Positions 19,980 through 30,476 of a stretch of 64,000 bases of DNA are shown here, in pieces. Source of the DNA: an uncultured Bacteroidales bacterium (GTDB lineage: Bacteria > Bacteroidota > Bacteroidia > Bacteroidales > VadinHA17). The position numbers were made by a program, and so were the translations under genes. Within the stretch, counting starts at the first letter, position 1. Each line of letters starts with the position of its first letter. The notes beneath the pieces are model-generated. The model was not told where the DNA came from. It searched no databases and worked only from the letters and a program-made list of their open reading frames with translations. Location: positions 20,440 to 84,439 of the forward strand of contig CAVOKP010000017.1 of assembly GCA_963696535.1 (NCBI GenBank), written 5' to 3'.

Positions 19980-20145
19980 TCGGAATTTATTACTGGATTA
20001 AAATATAAATAACCCGGCAAATTTAATAAAATGTTACGGGTATTTAGGGAGTGAGTCGGGTAAGTAATAAAATGCATTTCAGGTTTCTGTTAATTGGATT
20101 TCTTTGAGTATATTACTTCACTGTTGTAACATAAATCACTCCGCT

Positions 20146-22563
20146 ATGGTCAAGAAGCTTATTTTTAGTATTGCCTTTGCAGCATTTCTCTCTCCCGGCA
20201 TGAATTCACAGGAACCGGTAAAATATCAGCTGCCTCCTGAAGAGATTGTCAGGATTGTTGATGCACCTGTTACACCTGTAGTGTCGGTAAGTCCTGACAA
20301 AGCTAATATCCTGGTCGTCGAGAGGCCTCCCATTATTACAATAAGGGAGCTTTCCGGAGATGAGCTGAGGTTGGCCGGACTGAGAATCAATCCGGCAACC
20401 AGCGGCCCCAGCAGGCAGACATTCAATAAAGGTTTCACGCTGATGAACATCGACGGCTCAAATGTCAGACATTTTTCCGGCTTACCTGAAGATCCTGCCT
20501 TTGGTTCACCCGAATGGTCAGGTGACGGAAGGAAGATTGCTTTTACGAATACTACAGGTAAGGGAATTGAGCTCTGGATATGCGACATTCAGTCATTGAA
20601 AGCATCGAAAATTGATGAAAACATAAATCTGGTATTTGGCAATTCTGTCAGCTGGCTTTCAGATAATTCGAGCCTAATCTACTCCGTAAATGATCCTGCA
20701 AGGGGAAAGAGACCCGAAAGGAGCCTTGTTCCTGAGGGACCTGTAATACAGGAGAGTCTTGGGAAAGAGGGTCAGGCCCCTACATATCAGGACCTCCTTA
20801 AAGATCCGGTTGACGAAGCGCTCTTTGAGTATTTCGCAAAATCACAGTTAATGCTCTGGAATGGAACCTACATCGTAAAAATCGGCAAGCCCTCAATTAT
20901 AACAGGTGTTGATCCCTCGCCCGACGGCCGCTTGTTAATTGTGACCATAATCAATCATCCTTTTTCTTATACTGTGCCTTATTACAATTTCCCTTCAAAG
21001 ACTCAGATCCTTGATCTGAAGGGAAATCTTGTCAGAACACTTCTTGAAGAACCACTGATTGAAAATCAACCCCGAGGTTATGATATGGTTTTACCGGGAC
21101 CGAGATTTTACAGCTGGAGATCAGATAAGCCTGCTTCAGTTTACTGGGTTGAGGCACTTGACGAAGGAGATTTCAGGAAGGAAATGAAATACCACGATCA
21201 GGTTTACACTCTTGAAGCTCCTTTTACGGGCGATCCGGTAAAGTTTATTGCAACGGAGCTAAGGTTCAGCGGGATCACCTGGGGGAATGACAATTTTGCC
21301 CTGGTCTCGGAAGGTTCATCAAGGACAAGGATGCGTGTGACAAGCTCATTTAAACCTTCGGATCCCATTAATTCCAAAAAGAAGATACAGGAATTCAACA
21401 GCGATGACGGATATAATAATCCCGGAAGGTTTATCACGATCCAGAATTCATTCGGTAGAAATGTGCTTCATTTCACAGATAAGGGAAAATCACTTTTTCT
21501 TTCAGGAAACGGGGCTTCCCCCGAAGGCGACCGTCCATTTATTGATAAATATGAGATCGCAACAGGAAAAACCATCCGGTTATGGAGGTCAGAAGCTCCC
21601 TGGTATGAAACGTTTTCTACATTTCTTGATCCTTCAAAGGGACTTATTCTGACTACTAGACAATCGGTCAGCGAGGTGCAAAATTATTTCATAAGGAATT
21701 TAAAGACTAACAAAATATCGCAGGTTACAAGGTTTGAAAATCCTTATCCTCAGCTTGCCGGGGTCCACAAGGAACTTGTAAAGTATAAAAGAAATGACAG
21801 CCTTGATCTTTCATTCACATTATACCTCCCCAAAGGTTACAGCAGGGAAAAGGATGGTCCGCTGCCGACACTTCTGTGGGCTTATCCAAGGGAATTCAAT
21901 GATCCTTCAGCTGCCGGCCAGGTAAGTGGTTCCCCGTTTACATTCACAAGGATCAGTCCTGCGTCGGCTCTCGTTTATGTCACCCAGGGATATGCAATAC
22001 TTATGGATGCATCTTTTCCGATTGTCGGGGTAGGGGGTAAGGAACCCAATGATACATTTGTGGAACAACTTGTCGCTGACGCTGAAGCTGCTATAAAGAA
22101 AGCAGTTGCGATGGGAGTCACCGATCCTGCAAGGGTTGCCGTTAGCGGCCATTCATACGGGGCATTCATGACGGCAAATTTATTGTCGTATTCCAGACTG
22201 TTTGCAGCAGGGATTGCTGAGAGCGGTGCATATAACCGCTCGCTTACACCCTTCGGTTTCCAGAATGAAAGAAGAAGCTACTGGGAGGCACCTGACATTT
22301 ATAACAGGATGTCCCCCTTCATGAACGCCGACAAGGTTAAAGATCCCATTTTGCTGATCCATGGCCTGGCTGACAATAACACAGGTACCTTCCCGATCCA
22401 GAGCGAAAGGTATTATACTGCCCTTAAAGGGTTCGGAGCAACAGTAAGGCTTGTAATGCTTCCAAACGAAAGCCATGGATATGCTGCCAGGGAGACAATC
22501 CTGCATAAACACCGGGAGGTTCTTGCCTGGATGAATAAATATGTCAGGGATAAGAAAAAATGA
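20146..22563 (+). CDS. S9 family serine peptidase (prolyl oligopeptidase/glutamyl endopeptidase-like), secreted
   Basis: Signal peptide starts at the ATG at 20146 (MVKKLIFSIAFAAF). There is an N-terminal propeller, the catalytic serine motif GHSYGAF, and later D and H (LIHGLADNN, ESHGY). Confidence 0.85.
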   Translation: MVKKLIFSIAFAAFLSPGMNSQEPVKYQLPPEEIVRIVDAPVTPVVSVSPDKANILVVERPPIITIRELSGDELRLAGLRINPATSGPSRQTFNKGFTLMNIDGSNVRHFSGLPEDPAFGSPEWSGDGRKIAFTNTTGKGIELWICDIQSLKASKIDENINLVFGNSVSWLSDNSSLIYSVNDPARGKRPERSLVPEGPVIQESLGKEGQAPTYQDLLKDPVDEALFEYFAKSQLMLWNGTYIVKIGKPSIITGVDPSPDGRLLIVTIINHPFSYTVPYYNFPSKTQILDLKGNLVRTLLEEPLIENQPRGYDMVLPGPRFYSWRSDKPASVYWVEALDEGDFRKEMKYHDQVYTLEAPFTGDPVKFIATELRFSGITWGNDNFALVSEGSSRTRMRVTSSFKPSDPINSKKKIQEFNSDDGYNNPGRFITIQNSFGRNVLHFTDKGKSLFLSGNGASPEGDRPFIDKYEIATGKTIRLWRSEAPWYETFSTFLDPSKGLILTTRQSVSEVQNYFIRNLKTNKISQVTRFENPYPQLAGVHKELVKYKRNDSLDLSFTLYLPKGYSREKDGPLPTLLWAYPREFNDPSAAGQVSGSPFTFTRISPASALVYVTQGYAILMDASFPIVGVGGKEPNDTFVEQLVADAEAAIKKAVAMGVTDPARVAVSGHSYGAFMTANLLSYSRLFAAGIAESGAYNRSLTPFGFQNERRSYWEAPDIYNRMSPFMNADKVKDPILLIHGLADNNTGTFPIQSERYYTALKGFGATVRLVMLPNESHGYAARETILHKHREVLAWMNKYVRDKKK

Positions 22564-22658
22564 ATTCAGCAGTATTCTTTATCTGCTTTATGTCGAAAAA
22601 GAAGCTTAAATTTGATAGTGGCAATGACCTGATTGACGTTCCTAAATAACATAAAACC

Positions 22659-23424
22659 ATGAGCAAATACATTTATTTGACCTGCACTCCCGAAGCCCTT
22701 GTAGCTTCGATGCTTCCTCCCGAGGGATTTGGAATGTATCTTTCGACTGGAACCAAGAAACGGAACAAGAGCCAGACAATCTTTTTTGAGGTTGACCTGA
22801 AAAAGATCGAGAAGCTGATCGATATGGACAGCCTTAACAAAAGGTGTGTTGCAAAAGAGGACGGCAGTCCCAAGAGTTCCGTTTATCTTTCAGTTTACAG
22901 GGTTCTTGAAACTATTCCGGTCGATGCACTGAAGTCACTCTACCTTACAACTGACCATGGGATCGTCCTTGAACTTAAAAGAGCCCCTTATGATAAAACC
23001 AAGGAAGTCAGAAATGCGCTTCATCTTTACCAGGAGTTGAATCCGGTCACTCCTCTTGTCGCAAGCGGTCTGCCTCCATCAGTATTTCTTAAAAGGCTTA
23101 CCGACGGTTCAATCCCCATTGTCGTACCGAAACTTTTCTTTGTTGAGTTGAAACTGGGCGAGCTGGCAACCAATCCCCTTTATGGTTCAGCTGAACATCT
23201 GCCATATCTCGAATATAGGCCACCTCAGGGATTGTCTTGAAATACTGAGAGGGGAATACGAGAAACACATGAAAACTGTTCAAAGGATCTTCTCGGGCGA
23301 GCTTCTCTACAGGACCATTGAAACAGGCTTTTATGTCGGGGCAGGGGATGAAATTGCTTTTTACCCGTATCCGTCCATGGCCGAACTTGAAAACATCAAT
23401 TATGAGTTTTTCAGGGCGATTTAA
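22659..23424 (+). pseudogene. conserved hypothetical protein split by one frameshift near 23200-23215
   Basis: ORFs 22659..23240 and 23182..23424 overlap in adjacent frames and read as one protein (...GSAEHLPY / NIGHLRDCLEILRGEYE...). I recognised no family. Confidence 0.4.
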
Positions 23425-23547
23425 ACCTGTAGTTTTGACAGTATTTGCTTCTTTTTTTATTTGCATAAATAAAAAACTGAATTAGTTTTGTAGCGGCAAA
23501 TTTTGTCATATCTAAACCTATAATTTATCTAATTAAAAACCTTTATT

Positions 23548-25836
23548 ATGATTAGCAGTATTTTTTGGATCGTACCAGTCTCTGCATTGATATCGTTGCT
23601 GTTCGCCTGGATATTCTACAGGAATATGAAAGCCCAGGAAGAAGGTACCGAAAGGATGAAGGAGATAGCTTTGTATGTCAGGGAAGGGGCCATGGCATAC
23701 CTCCGGCGCCAGTATACGGTGGTTACCAAGGTATTCCTGATTCTTATTGTCCTTTTATTCGTTCTGGCATATTTTGGAATTCAGAACCCTTTTGTTCCCA
23801 TCGCGTTCCTTACGGGAGGATTCTTTTCGGGTCTCTGCGGTTACCTTGGAATGAAAACAGCCACTTTTGCCTCGAACAGGACAGCATGGGCTGCTTCAAA
23901 ATCGCTCAACAAAGGGCTCCAGGTGGCATTAAGGAGCGGTGCAGTCATGGGGCTTGTAGTTGTTGGCTTCGGACTTCTGGACATTGCACTCTGGTTCCTG
24001 ATCCTTAACGGATTGGTATTTACGCCGGACAATATGGAGACAGGCATGAAATTTCTGGGACTTACATTTGTTCAGCCTGGTACCACTGACCACGAAAAAC
24101 TAATCGAAATTACTGCAGTCATGCTTACCTTCGGAATGGGCGCTTCAACACAAGCTCTTTTTGCGAGAGTAGGAGGCGGTATCTTTACAAAAGCAGCTGA
24201 CGTAGGCGCTGACCTTGTCGGAAAGGTTGAAGCCGGAATTCCTGAGGATGATCCTCGCAACCCTGCCACAATAGCTGATAATGTTGGCGACAACGTCGGA
24301 GATGTTGCGGGCATGGGCGCTGACCTTTATGAATCCTATGCCGGTTCAATCCTTGCAACGGCTGCCCTTGGGGCTGCTTTGCCTGCAATTACGGGGGATA
24401 CCCAGATGAGAGCTGTCATAGCCCCGATGCTGGTATCTGCCATTGGTATTTTGCTATCCATTGCAGGGGTTTATATGGTAAGAACAAAAGAGTCGGCGAC
24501 ACCAAAGGTGCTTCTTCGCGCCCTCCTTCTCGGAACCGGCGGCAGTTCGGCCTTAATACTTGTTGTTCTTGCCGTAATGGCTGGCTTCGACTGGATAACC
24601 TGGGGTGTTTTTGGTGCAGCTGTTTCAGGTCTCCTGGCAGGAGTTATTATAGGCCAGTCGACTGAATACTATACCTCGGATGCCAACAAGCCAACCCAGG
24701 GGATTGCGAAACAATCGCAGCAGGGGCCGGCCACAGTCATTATTGAAGGCATGGCTGTCGGTATGTCATCCACATGGGTTCCTGTTGTTACAATTGTTGG
24801 CGGTATAATAGCTGCCTATGGTTTTGCGGGCGGTTTCAGCAATTTTGCCATGGGTGTTTATGGCATCGGCTTCGCTGCTGTCGGAATGCTTTCAACTCTT
24901 GGGATAACACTTGCCACCGATGCATTCGGGCCTATTGCCGATAATGCAGGAGGCAATGCCGAAATGTCGGAACTTCCAAAAGAAGTAAGAGAAAGAACCG
25001 ATGCTCTCGACGGTCTTGGCAATACTACTGCTGCTACCGGAAAAGGTTTTGCAATCGGATCCGCTGCACTTACAGCCCTGGCACTTATGGCCGCATATAT
25101 GGAAGAGGTAAGGCTGTGGCTTGGAAGACTTATTGATAAGGCTCCCGACGGATTCAAGCAGATAGGAGATACTCTTTTCTATAACAGCACGGTTCCTTCG
25201 GTACAGGACGGACAGACAGCTATAAATATCACATCGGCAACAGTAAGGGATTTCGCTGCTGCCTATGATATTTCCCTTTTTAATCCCATCCTTCTTGGTG
25301 GTCTCTTCATCGGAGCAATGATGGCATTTCTTTTCAGTTCAATGAGCATGAAGGCTGTCGGCCGGGCAGCAGGTAAAATGGTTGATGAAGTAAGACGTCA
25401 GTTCCGCGAGATCCCCGGGATCATGGATGGCACAGGAAAACCGGAGTATGCCAAATGCGTTGAGATTTCCACAGCCGGAGCTCAGAGCGAAATGCTGGTT
25501 CCTTCTCTTATCGCAATAGTCGTACCCCTGGTTATCGGCGTTATCTTTGGCGTTCCGGGTGTTATCGGTCTTCTTGCTGGAGGCATGAGCGCAGGTTTCG
25601 TTCTTGCAACCATGCTTAATAATTCAGGAGGAGCATGGGACAATGCAAAGAAATACATTGAAAGAGGAAATTACGGCGGAAAGAAGAGCGAATGCCATAA
25701 AGCAAGCGTTGTCGGCGATACGGTTGGTGATCCGTTCAAGGATACTTCGGGACCGGCTCTTAACATCCTTATCAAGCTGATGTCGATGGTTTCAGTTGTT
25801 CTCGCAGGATTAACGGTTGCATTCAGTATTTTTTAG
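23548..25836 (+). CDS. hppA: membrane-bound (Na+/H+-translocating) inorganic pyrophosphatase
   Basis: 762 aa, polytopic, with [27 protein letters not shown] and [17 protein letters not shown] motifs. Confidence 0.95.
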   Translation: MISSIFWIVPVSALISLLFAWIFYRNMKAQEEGTERMKEIALYVREGAMAYLRRQYTVVTKVFLILIVLLFVLAYFGIQNPFVPIAFLTGGFFSGLCGYLGMKTATFASNRTAWAASKSLNKGLQVALRSGAVMGLVVVGFGLLDIALWFLILNGLVFTPDNMETGMKFLGLTFVQPGTTDHEKLIEITAVMLTFGMGASTQALFARVGGGIFTKAADVGADLVGKVEAGIPEDDPRNPATIADNVGDNVGDVAGMGADLYESYAGSILATAALGAALPAITGDTQMRAVIAPMLVSAIGILLSIAGVYMVRTKESATPKVLLRALLLGTGGSSALILVVLAVMAGFDWITWGVFGAAVSGLLAGVIIGQSTEYYTSDANKPTQGIAKQSQQGPATVIIEGMAVGMSSTWVPVVTIVGGIIAAYGFAGGFSNFAMGVYGIGFAAVGMLSTLGITLATDAFGPIADNAGGNAEMSELPKEVRERTDALDGLGNTTAATGKGFAIGSAALTALALMAAYMEEVRLWLGRLIDKAPDGFKQIGDTLFYNSTVPSVQDGQTAINITSATVRDFAAAYDISLFNPILLGGLFIGAMMAFLFSSMSMKAVGRAAGKMVDEVRRQFREIPGIMDGTGKPEYAKCVEISTAGAQSEMLVPSLIAIVVPLVIGVIFGVPGVIGLLAGGMSAGFVLATMLNNSGGAWDNAKKYIERGNYGGKKSECHKASVVGDTVGDPFKDTSGPALNILIKLMSMVSVVLAGLTVAFSIF

Positions 25837-25860
25837 AACAAGAGACATTCCAAGCTATAG

Positions 25861-25899
25861 AAAAGCTGACCTCATTGAGAGTCAGCTTTTTTCTTTTTT
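25861..25899 (+). terminator. rho-independent terminator after hppA
   Basis: Stem aaaagctgac ... gtcagctttt followed by a T-rich run. Confidence 0.75.
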
Positions 25900-25956
25900 C
25901 AACAGTATAACCTGCTGTTTATTATTAGATCTTACAGGGTTAACCTGTTAAAGGAC

Positions 25957-27312
25957 TTATCCTGAAAAACGCTGGAAAATCATTTCAATGCGTGTTCCTT
26001 CATTGATTTTACTCCTGATCTTCATTTCTGCTTTATGCAATTCCATTATTCTTGAAGCAAGTGAAAGTCCTATGCCAAATCCGCCAATGAACTTTACGTT
26101 TGATGCCCTGGAAAATGGTCTGTATATCGTTTCCAGTTCATCGGCCGGTATTCCTACACCACTGTCTGAGATAATGACATTTATTGTTTTATCTGCGATT
26201 TCAAACTCTACGGTTATATCATCATTTGAAAACTTGCATGCATTATCCAGCAGATTCTGGAATGCAATTGTCAGCAATCCTTCATCGCCATTAATAAGAA
26301 GGTCATCCTCACTTTCGGGATAAAGTATTTTTGGTACAATCCTTCGTCCCGGAAACTTTGACTTTACCTGGTAGACAGCATTGAAGATGATCTCGTCGAT
26401 CCTTACCCTTGAAAAATTTATGATCTTGTTTCCGTTAATCTGTGCCAGTTCCAGCAAATTGGTAAGGAGTGAATTGAGCTTTTTGAGATCCGTGTTTATT
26501 CCGGTAAGGTGGGTCAGGAATTCCTCTTTTTCCCTTTCATGGCTCAGCATATAGTCGCTTTCCCCGATCATTACCGTAAGAGGTGTCCGTAATTCGTGGG
26601 ATGCATTCGAAACAAAGTCTTCCTGGTTTCTGAATGCAATCTCAAGATCTGAAAGCATTTCATTGAATGTAATCGCCAGCTGGGCGATTTCATCCTTCTT
26701 ATCTCCTTCGTCAAGACGATTGCTAAGCTTCAGGGAATTTATTTCCTTGACACTCTTTATGATCTGCGAAATAGGTCTGATAGCTCTTTTGGCAAAGAAA
26801 TAGGAAAAGAGTACCGACAGCCATATACTGAAAAGGTTGCTCCAGAACAGAATATTGCGGAGTTCCGATAAATTTTCCATGCGGGATTTATCGATTGCCA
26901 TTGCAAAGGAATAATATGACCTGTCGCCGTATTTATGTCTGTAGCAGACGCCGTCCTTATCTGAAATTGAAAAAAAATTCACATCATCATTTGCATTATT
27001 TATTAAAGTTGTGCTGTCTGAAAGGAATTCAATATTATTCCCATAGATCAGGTTAAAGGCAGAATCAGTCAGCACAAGTTCCTCGCTTTCCCATGATATT
27101 GTTGATTGCTGAATCTTCTTAAGCAATAAAGAATCGATCTCGGTGACATCAATCAGAAGGATTGCGGTGTTTTTTGCACTGTCGAGTAGGTTTTGCCTGA
27201 ACTTTGCCAGCTGGCTTGAATATGAAAAATAATAAACCAGTGCAGAAAAAAACAATAATATGCCGGTCACAATCAGAGTAAATTGCAGCGCTAATCTTAT
27301 TTTAATGTTCAT
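25957..27312 (-). CDS. sensor histidine kinase (two TM helices, HAMP, HisKA, HATPase)
   Basis: H-box SHELRTPL, N-box LLDNACKF, and G-boxes DSGVGI and GGFGIGL. Confidence 0.9.
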   Translation of the reverse strand: MNIKIRLALQFTLIVTGILLFFSALVYYFSYSSQLAKFRQNLLDSAKNTAILLIDVTEIDSLLLKKIQQSTISWESEELVLTDSAFNLIYGNNIEFLSDSTTLINNANDDVNFFSISDKDGVCYRHKYGDRSYYSFAMAIDKSRMENLSELRNILFWSNLFSIWLSVLFSYFFAKRAIRPISQIIKSVKEINSLKLSNRLDEGDKKDEIAQLAITFNEMLSDLEIAFRNQEDFVSNASHELRTPLTVMIGESDYMLSHEREKEEFLTHLTGINTDLKKLNSLLTNLLELAQINGNKIINFSRVRIDEIIFNAVYQVKSKFPGRRIVPKILYPESEDDLLINGDEGLLTIAFQNLLDNACKFSNDDITVEFEIADKTINVIISDSGVGIPADELETIYRPFSRASNVKFIGGFGIGLSLASRIMELHKAEMKIRSKINEGTRIEMIFQRFSG

Positions 27313-27315
27313 CGG

Positions 27316-28008
27316 TTATATTTCTTTATCACTGCAATAGAATCCAAAACCAAATTTTGTGTGAATCAGTTTAGGCTTGAAATCCCTGTCAATCTTCTTC
27401 CTCAAATAGTTTACATAAACGTCAATAATGTTTGTATTTGGATCAAAATCAATTCCCCAGACCTGTTCAATAATAAATTCGCGGGAAAGCAGTTTATCAC
27501 GGTTCCTTAAAAAGGTTTCGAGCAGGAGGGATTCCTTTGCTGTCAGATCAATCTTTTTGCCTGCCCGTATTACTGTTTTGGTCTTTAGATCCAGCTCAAG
27601 ATCAGCCATCTTTAATTTTTCAGGAACCGTGACGTCAGAGTCGGATCTTCTGAGGAATACATTCACCCGGGCCAGTAATTCGCGGTAATCGAAAGGCTTT
27701 ACAACATAATCATCAGCACCGACATCAAAACCCGCAATCTTGTTTTCCGGAGTGCCAAATGCCGTAAGCATGATAATCGGGATTTTATTATTCATCTTCC
27801 TGATCTCTCTGCATAAATCATAGCCATTTATTAATGGCAGGTTAATGTCGAGGATAATAAGATTATACTTGTTTTTCTCAACCAGTTGCCGCCCAGTATA
27901 TCCATCAGAAGCTATTTCAGCGGTGAAACCCGATTCTTCAAGCTGCTTTTTAAGAATCTCTGCCAGCCGCCGTTCATCCTCAACTATTAGTATGTTAATG
28001 TTTCCCAT
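27316..28008 (-). CDS. OmpR/PhoB-family response regulator
   Basis: Receiver domain (ILIVEDE...LIILDINLP...MLTA) plus a winged-helix output domain (LTAKESLLLETFLRN...VWG...NIIDVYVNYLRKK). Confidence 0.9.
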   Translation of the reverse strand: MGNINILIVEDERRLAEILKKQLEESGFTAEIASDGYTGRQLVEKNKYNLIILDINLPLINGYDLCREIRKMNNKIPIIMLTAFGTPENKIAGFDVGADDYVVKPFDYRELLARVNVFLRRSDSDVTVPEKLKMADLELDLKTKTVIRAGKKIDLTAKESLLLETFLRNRDKLLSREFIIEQVWGIDFDPNTNIIDVYVNYLRKKIDRDFKPKLIHTKFGFGFYCSDKEI

Positions 28009-28080
28009 TCGGATGATAACTTTTGTGCAAATTTATATAATGAAAGATATGCAATAAATGATTAAGGAGTTTCTAACCAT

Positions 28081-28128
28081 CTTCTAATGATATTTTAATT
28101 ATTGATTATTCATAACCTGATAATTTTG
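28081..28128 (+). promoter_or_regulatory. 26-nt conserved box (two TTnTAATnAT direct repeats) plus a -7 box TAATTTTG, upstream of the lipoprotein gene
   Basis: cttctaatgatattttaattattgat lies exactly 40 nt before taattttg. The same arrangement recurs at 28774-28821. Confidence 0.55.
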
Positions 28129-28251
28129 CTGGATTATCAGGAAAATGAACAGATTAGATTGGGGAAGACCAAAAGTGCTAGCAGGAGAAGTGAATTGTCT
28201 TATAAACAAAGTTACCTTATTTTTGTTTAATCTTTATAACACTATGAAAAA

Positions 28252-28644
28252 ATGAGACATATAATTATTTTGGCTGCAATGCTTTTTTTGTCTTCTTGTG
28301 CTTCTACGGAAAAATTTCCCGTCTCGACGGTTGCTCCGGCAGCTGATATAACTGCCGTAAAAAAATTGGACAAGAACAACAACTATACCATTGATGTGAC
28401 TGCAAAGAATCTGGCCAGCGTCGACAGAATAGATCCTTTAAAAAAGACATATGTCGTGTGGATAGTGACGAAAAATGAAGGTATTAAAAATATTGGGCAG
28501 CTAAGCGTTAAAAATGCTAAAACTTCTTCGTTAAAGTCTCTTACCCCCTTTGATTTCAATGAAGTCTTTATAACGGCCGAAGAGCAGGGAGATATCACAT
28601 ATCCTTCTGGTACTGAGGTCTCACGTGTATTAATAAGAAAGTAA
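28252..28644 (+). CDS. small lipoprotein of unknown function
   Basis: Lipobox LFLSSCAS; 130 aa; divergent from the two-component system. Confidence 0.6.
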   Translation: MRHIIILAAMLFLSSCASTEKFPVSTVAPAADITAVKKLDKNNNYTIDVTAKNLASVDRIDPLKKTYVVWIVTKNEGIKNIGQLSVKNAKTSSLKSLTPFDFNEVFITAEEQGDITYPSGTEVSRVLIRK

Positions 28645-28773
28645 TATCGGCATTTTCATTTACAACCCCTGTTTATCCATCCTCCACCTGAACTGACCTC
28701 ATTCTGATTCAGAGTTCCTGCGGCGGCAATCTTCCCAGTATGCCGGAAGATTCTCTAAAGAATTTTTAATGAC

Positions 28774-28821
28774 CTTCTAATGATATTCTAATTATTGATC
28801 TGGCATACATCCATAATTTTG
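28774..28821 (+). promoter_or_regulatory. second copy of the 26-nt box plus -7 box
   Basis: cttctaatgatattctaattattgat matches the first box at 25 of 26 positions, with the identical 40-nt offset to taattttg. Confidence 0.55.
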
Positions 28822-28840
28822 CAGAATCATACTTTAAGTA

Positions 28841-28954
28841 ATGATCAGAATAATGAAACTGCCAAAATTGTCAAATGGATTCAAGGTATTTTTATTCTGG
28901 CTGGCAATATTTATTTTTTTGGCAGTACTTAAGATATTTGTTTTCCCTGGTTAA
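28841..28954 (+). CDS. putative 37-aa hydrophobic peptide
   Basis: MIRIMKLPKLSNGFKVFLFWLAIFIFLAVLKIFVFPG starts about 20 nt after the second -7 box and is followed by a terminator-like hairpin. It is below the ORF-track length cutoff. Confidence 0.3.
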   Translation: MIRIMKLPKLSNGFKVFLFWLAIFIFLAVLKIFVFPG

Positions 28955-29015
28955 GTAAAATTTTAATCACAAGGAAGATGTCAGGTTTTTGCTTTGTTGA
29001 TTATTTGGGTTTCTT

Positions 29016-29056
29016 AAAAAGCAGTTGTTTTAATAAATATCGACAACTGCTTTTTT
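29016..29056 (+). terminator. terminator-like hairpin
   Basis: aaaaagcagttgt ... acaactgcttttt with a trailing T run. Confidence 0.55.
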
Positions 29057-29148
29057 AACTGACATCAGGCCAAAATCAGTAATGCAAATACGTAGAACCC
29101 TTTTATCACAACGTTAATTAAAAGAGTTTCAATAATAAAAAGGACTAA

Positions 29149-29250
29149 ATGAGCATAATACTTGGTATCCTGGCTTTTTTGACAGTAGTTATGATTGCTG
29201 TCATTATACTGATCGGTGAATGGGTGAAAAGACGAAAATCGCTTAAATAG
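29149..29250 (+). CDS. putative 33-aa single-helix membrane peptide just upstream of nhaA
   Basis: MSIILGILAFLTVVMIAVIILIGEWVKRRKSLK ends 14 nt before the nhaA start. Confidence 0.3.
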   Translation: MSIILGILAFLTVVMIAVIILIGEWVKRRKSLK

Positions 29251-29264
29251 ACGGTGATGACCGG

Positions 29265-30410
29265 ATGAGACTTACAGCACTTTACAAAGAGTTTTTTAAC
29301 AGCGAAAAGGCCGGAGGATTAGTCCTGATAATGATGACAATCCTTTCACTCCTCATTGCAAACTCCCCCTGGCAAAGTATTTATAATGATTTCTGGAATC
29401 TTGAATTCGGTGGTTACAGTATAGTTCATTGGGTTGATGATGGTCTTATGACCTTTTTTTTCCTGCTGATCGGACTGGAACTGGAGCGGGAGATCTATCA
29501 GGGGGAGCTTTCAAGCTTTAAAAACGCGTCTTTACCAATATTTGGAGCACTCGGAGGCATGGCAGTTCCTGCCGGAATATATTTGCTATTTAATTTTGGC
29601 ACAAGCTTTCAATCAGGGGCAGGCATCCCTATGGCAACTGACATTGCTTTTGCTTTGGCAGTTTTATCACTTTTAGGAAACCGCGTTTCAGCTTCCTTGA
29701 AAATCTTCTTAACCGCATTGGCTGTGATTGACGATTTAGGTGCGATGTTAATTATTGCAGTTTTCTACACAACCACCTTGAATTTCACAAATATTATAAT
29801 CGCTTTATTAATTTTTTGTCTTCTTTTGTTAATCAACAGACTAAAGGTTTATAACCTGATCCCTTATTTAATTGGTGGTGCCGTGATGTGGTACTTTACT
29901 TCAATTTCGGGAATCCATCCGACAATAACAGGCTTACTTATCGCTTTCACAATACCATTCAGAGACGGAAGCGAAAATTCGCCATCCTATGTCTTACAGC
30001 ATTTCTTGCATAAGCCGGTTGCCTTCATAGTTCTACCGTTATTTGCCCTGGCTAATACCTGTATTACGATTGATGACAGACTGATTCAGGGATTAAGTCA
30101 GAACTATAGCCTGGGAATCATGGCCGGACTGGTAATAGGAAAACCCCTGGGAATCCTTCTCTTTTCTATAATCGGAACAAGCATCGGACTTTGTGCATTA
30201 CCTTCCGATCTTAACTGGAAGAGCATTGCTGGGGTTGGTTTCCTTGGAGGAATCGGATTTACAATGTCAATATTTATAGGAATCCTTGCATTTGATATTC
30301 CTTCGGTGATCAATACTTCAAAAATCGCAGTCTTTATCAGCTCATTTGTTGCCGGGACCATTGGCTTTATTCTGTTGAAACTGACACTTAAAACTCCTAA
30401 TGCTGATTAA
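29265..30410 (+). CDS. nhaA: Na+/H+ antiporter NhaA
   Basis: NhaA strings WVDDGLMTFFFLLIGLELEREI, ATDIAFALAVL and ALAVIDDLGAM. Confidence 0.9.
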   Translation: MRLTALYKEFFNSEKAGGLVLIMMTILSLLIANSPWQSIYNDFWNLEFGGYSIVHWVDDGLMTFFFLLIGLELEREIYQGELSSFKNASLPIFGALGGMAVPAGIYLLFNFGTSFQSGAGIPMATDIAFALAVLSLLGNRVSASLKIFLTALAVIDDLGAMLIIAVFYTTTLNFTNIIIALLIFCLLLLINRLKVYNLIPYLIGGAVMWYFTSISGIHPTITGLLIAFTIPFRDGSENSPSYVLQHFLHKPVAFIVLPLFALANTCITIDDRLIQGLSQNYSLGIMAGLVIGKPLGILLFSIIGTSIGLCALPSDLNWKSIAGVGFLGGIGFTMSIFIGILAFDIPSVINTSKIAVFISSFVAGTIGFILLKLTLKTPNAD

Positions 30411-30476
30411 CAGATTTGATCTTTCAGAGACAATCATTTTATTTAATATTTTTGACTTTAAAACAAACTATTTATA

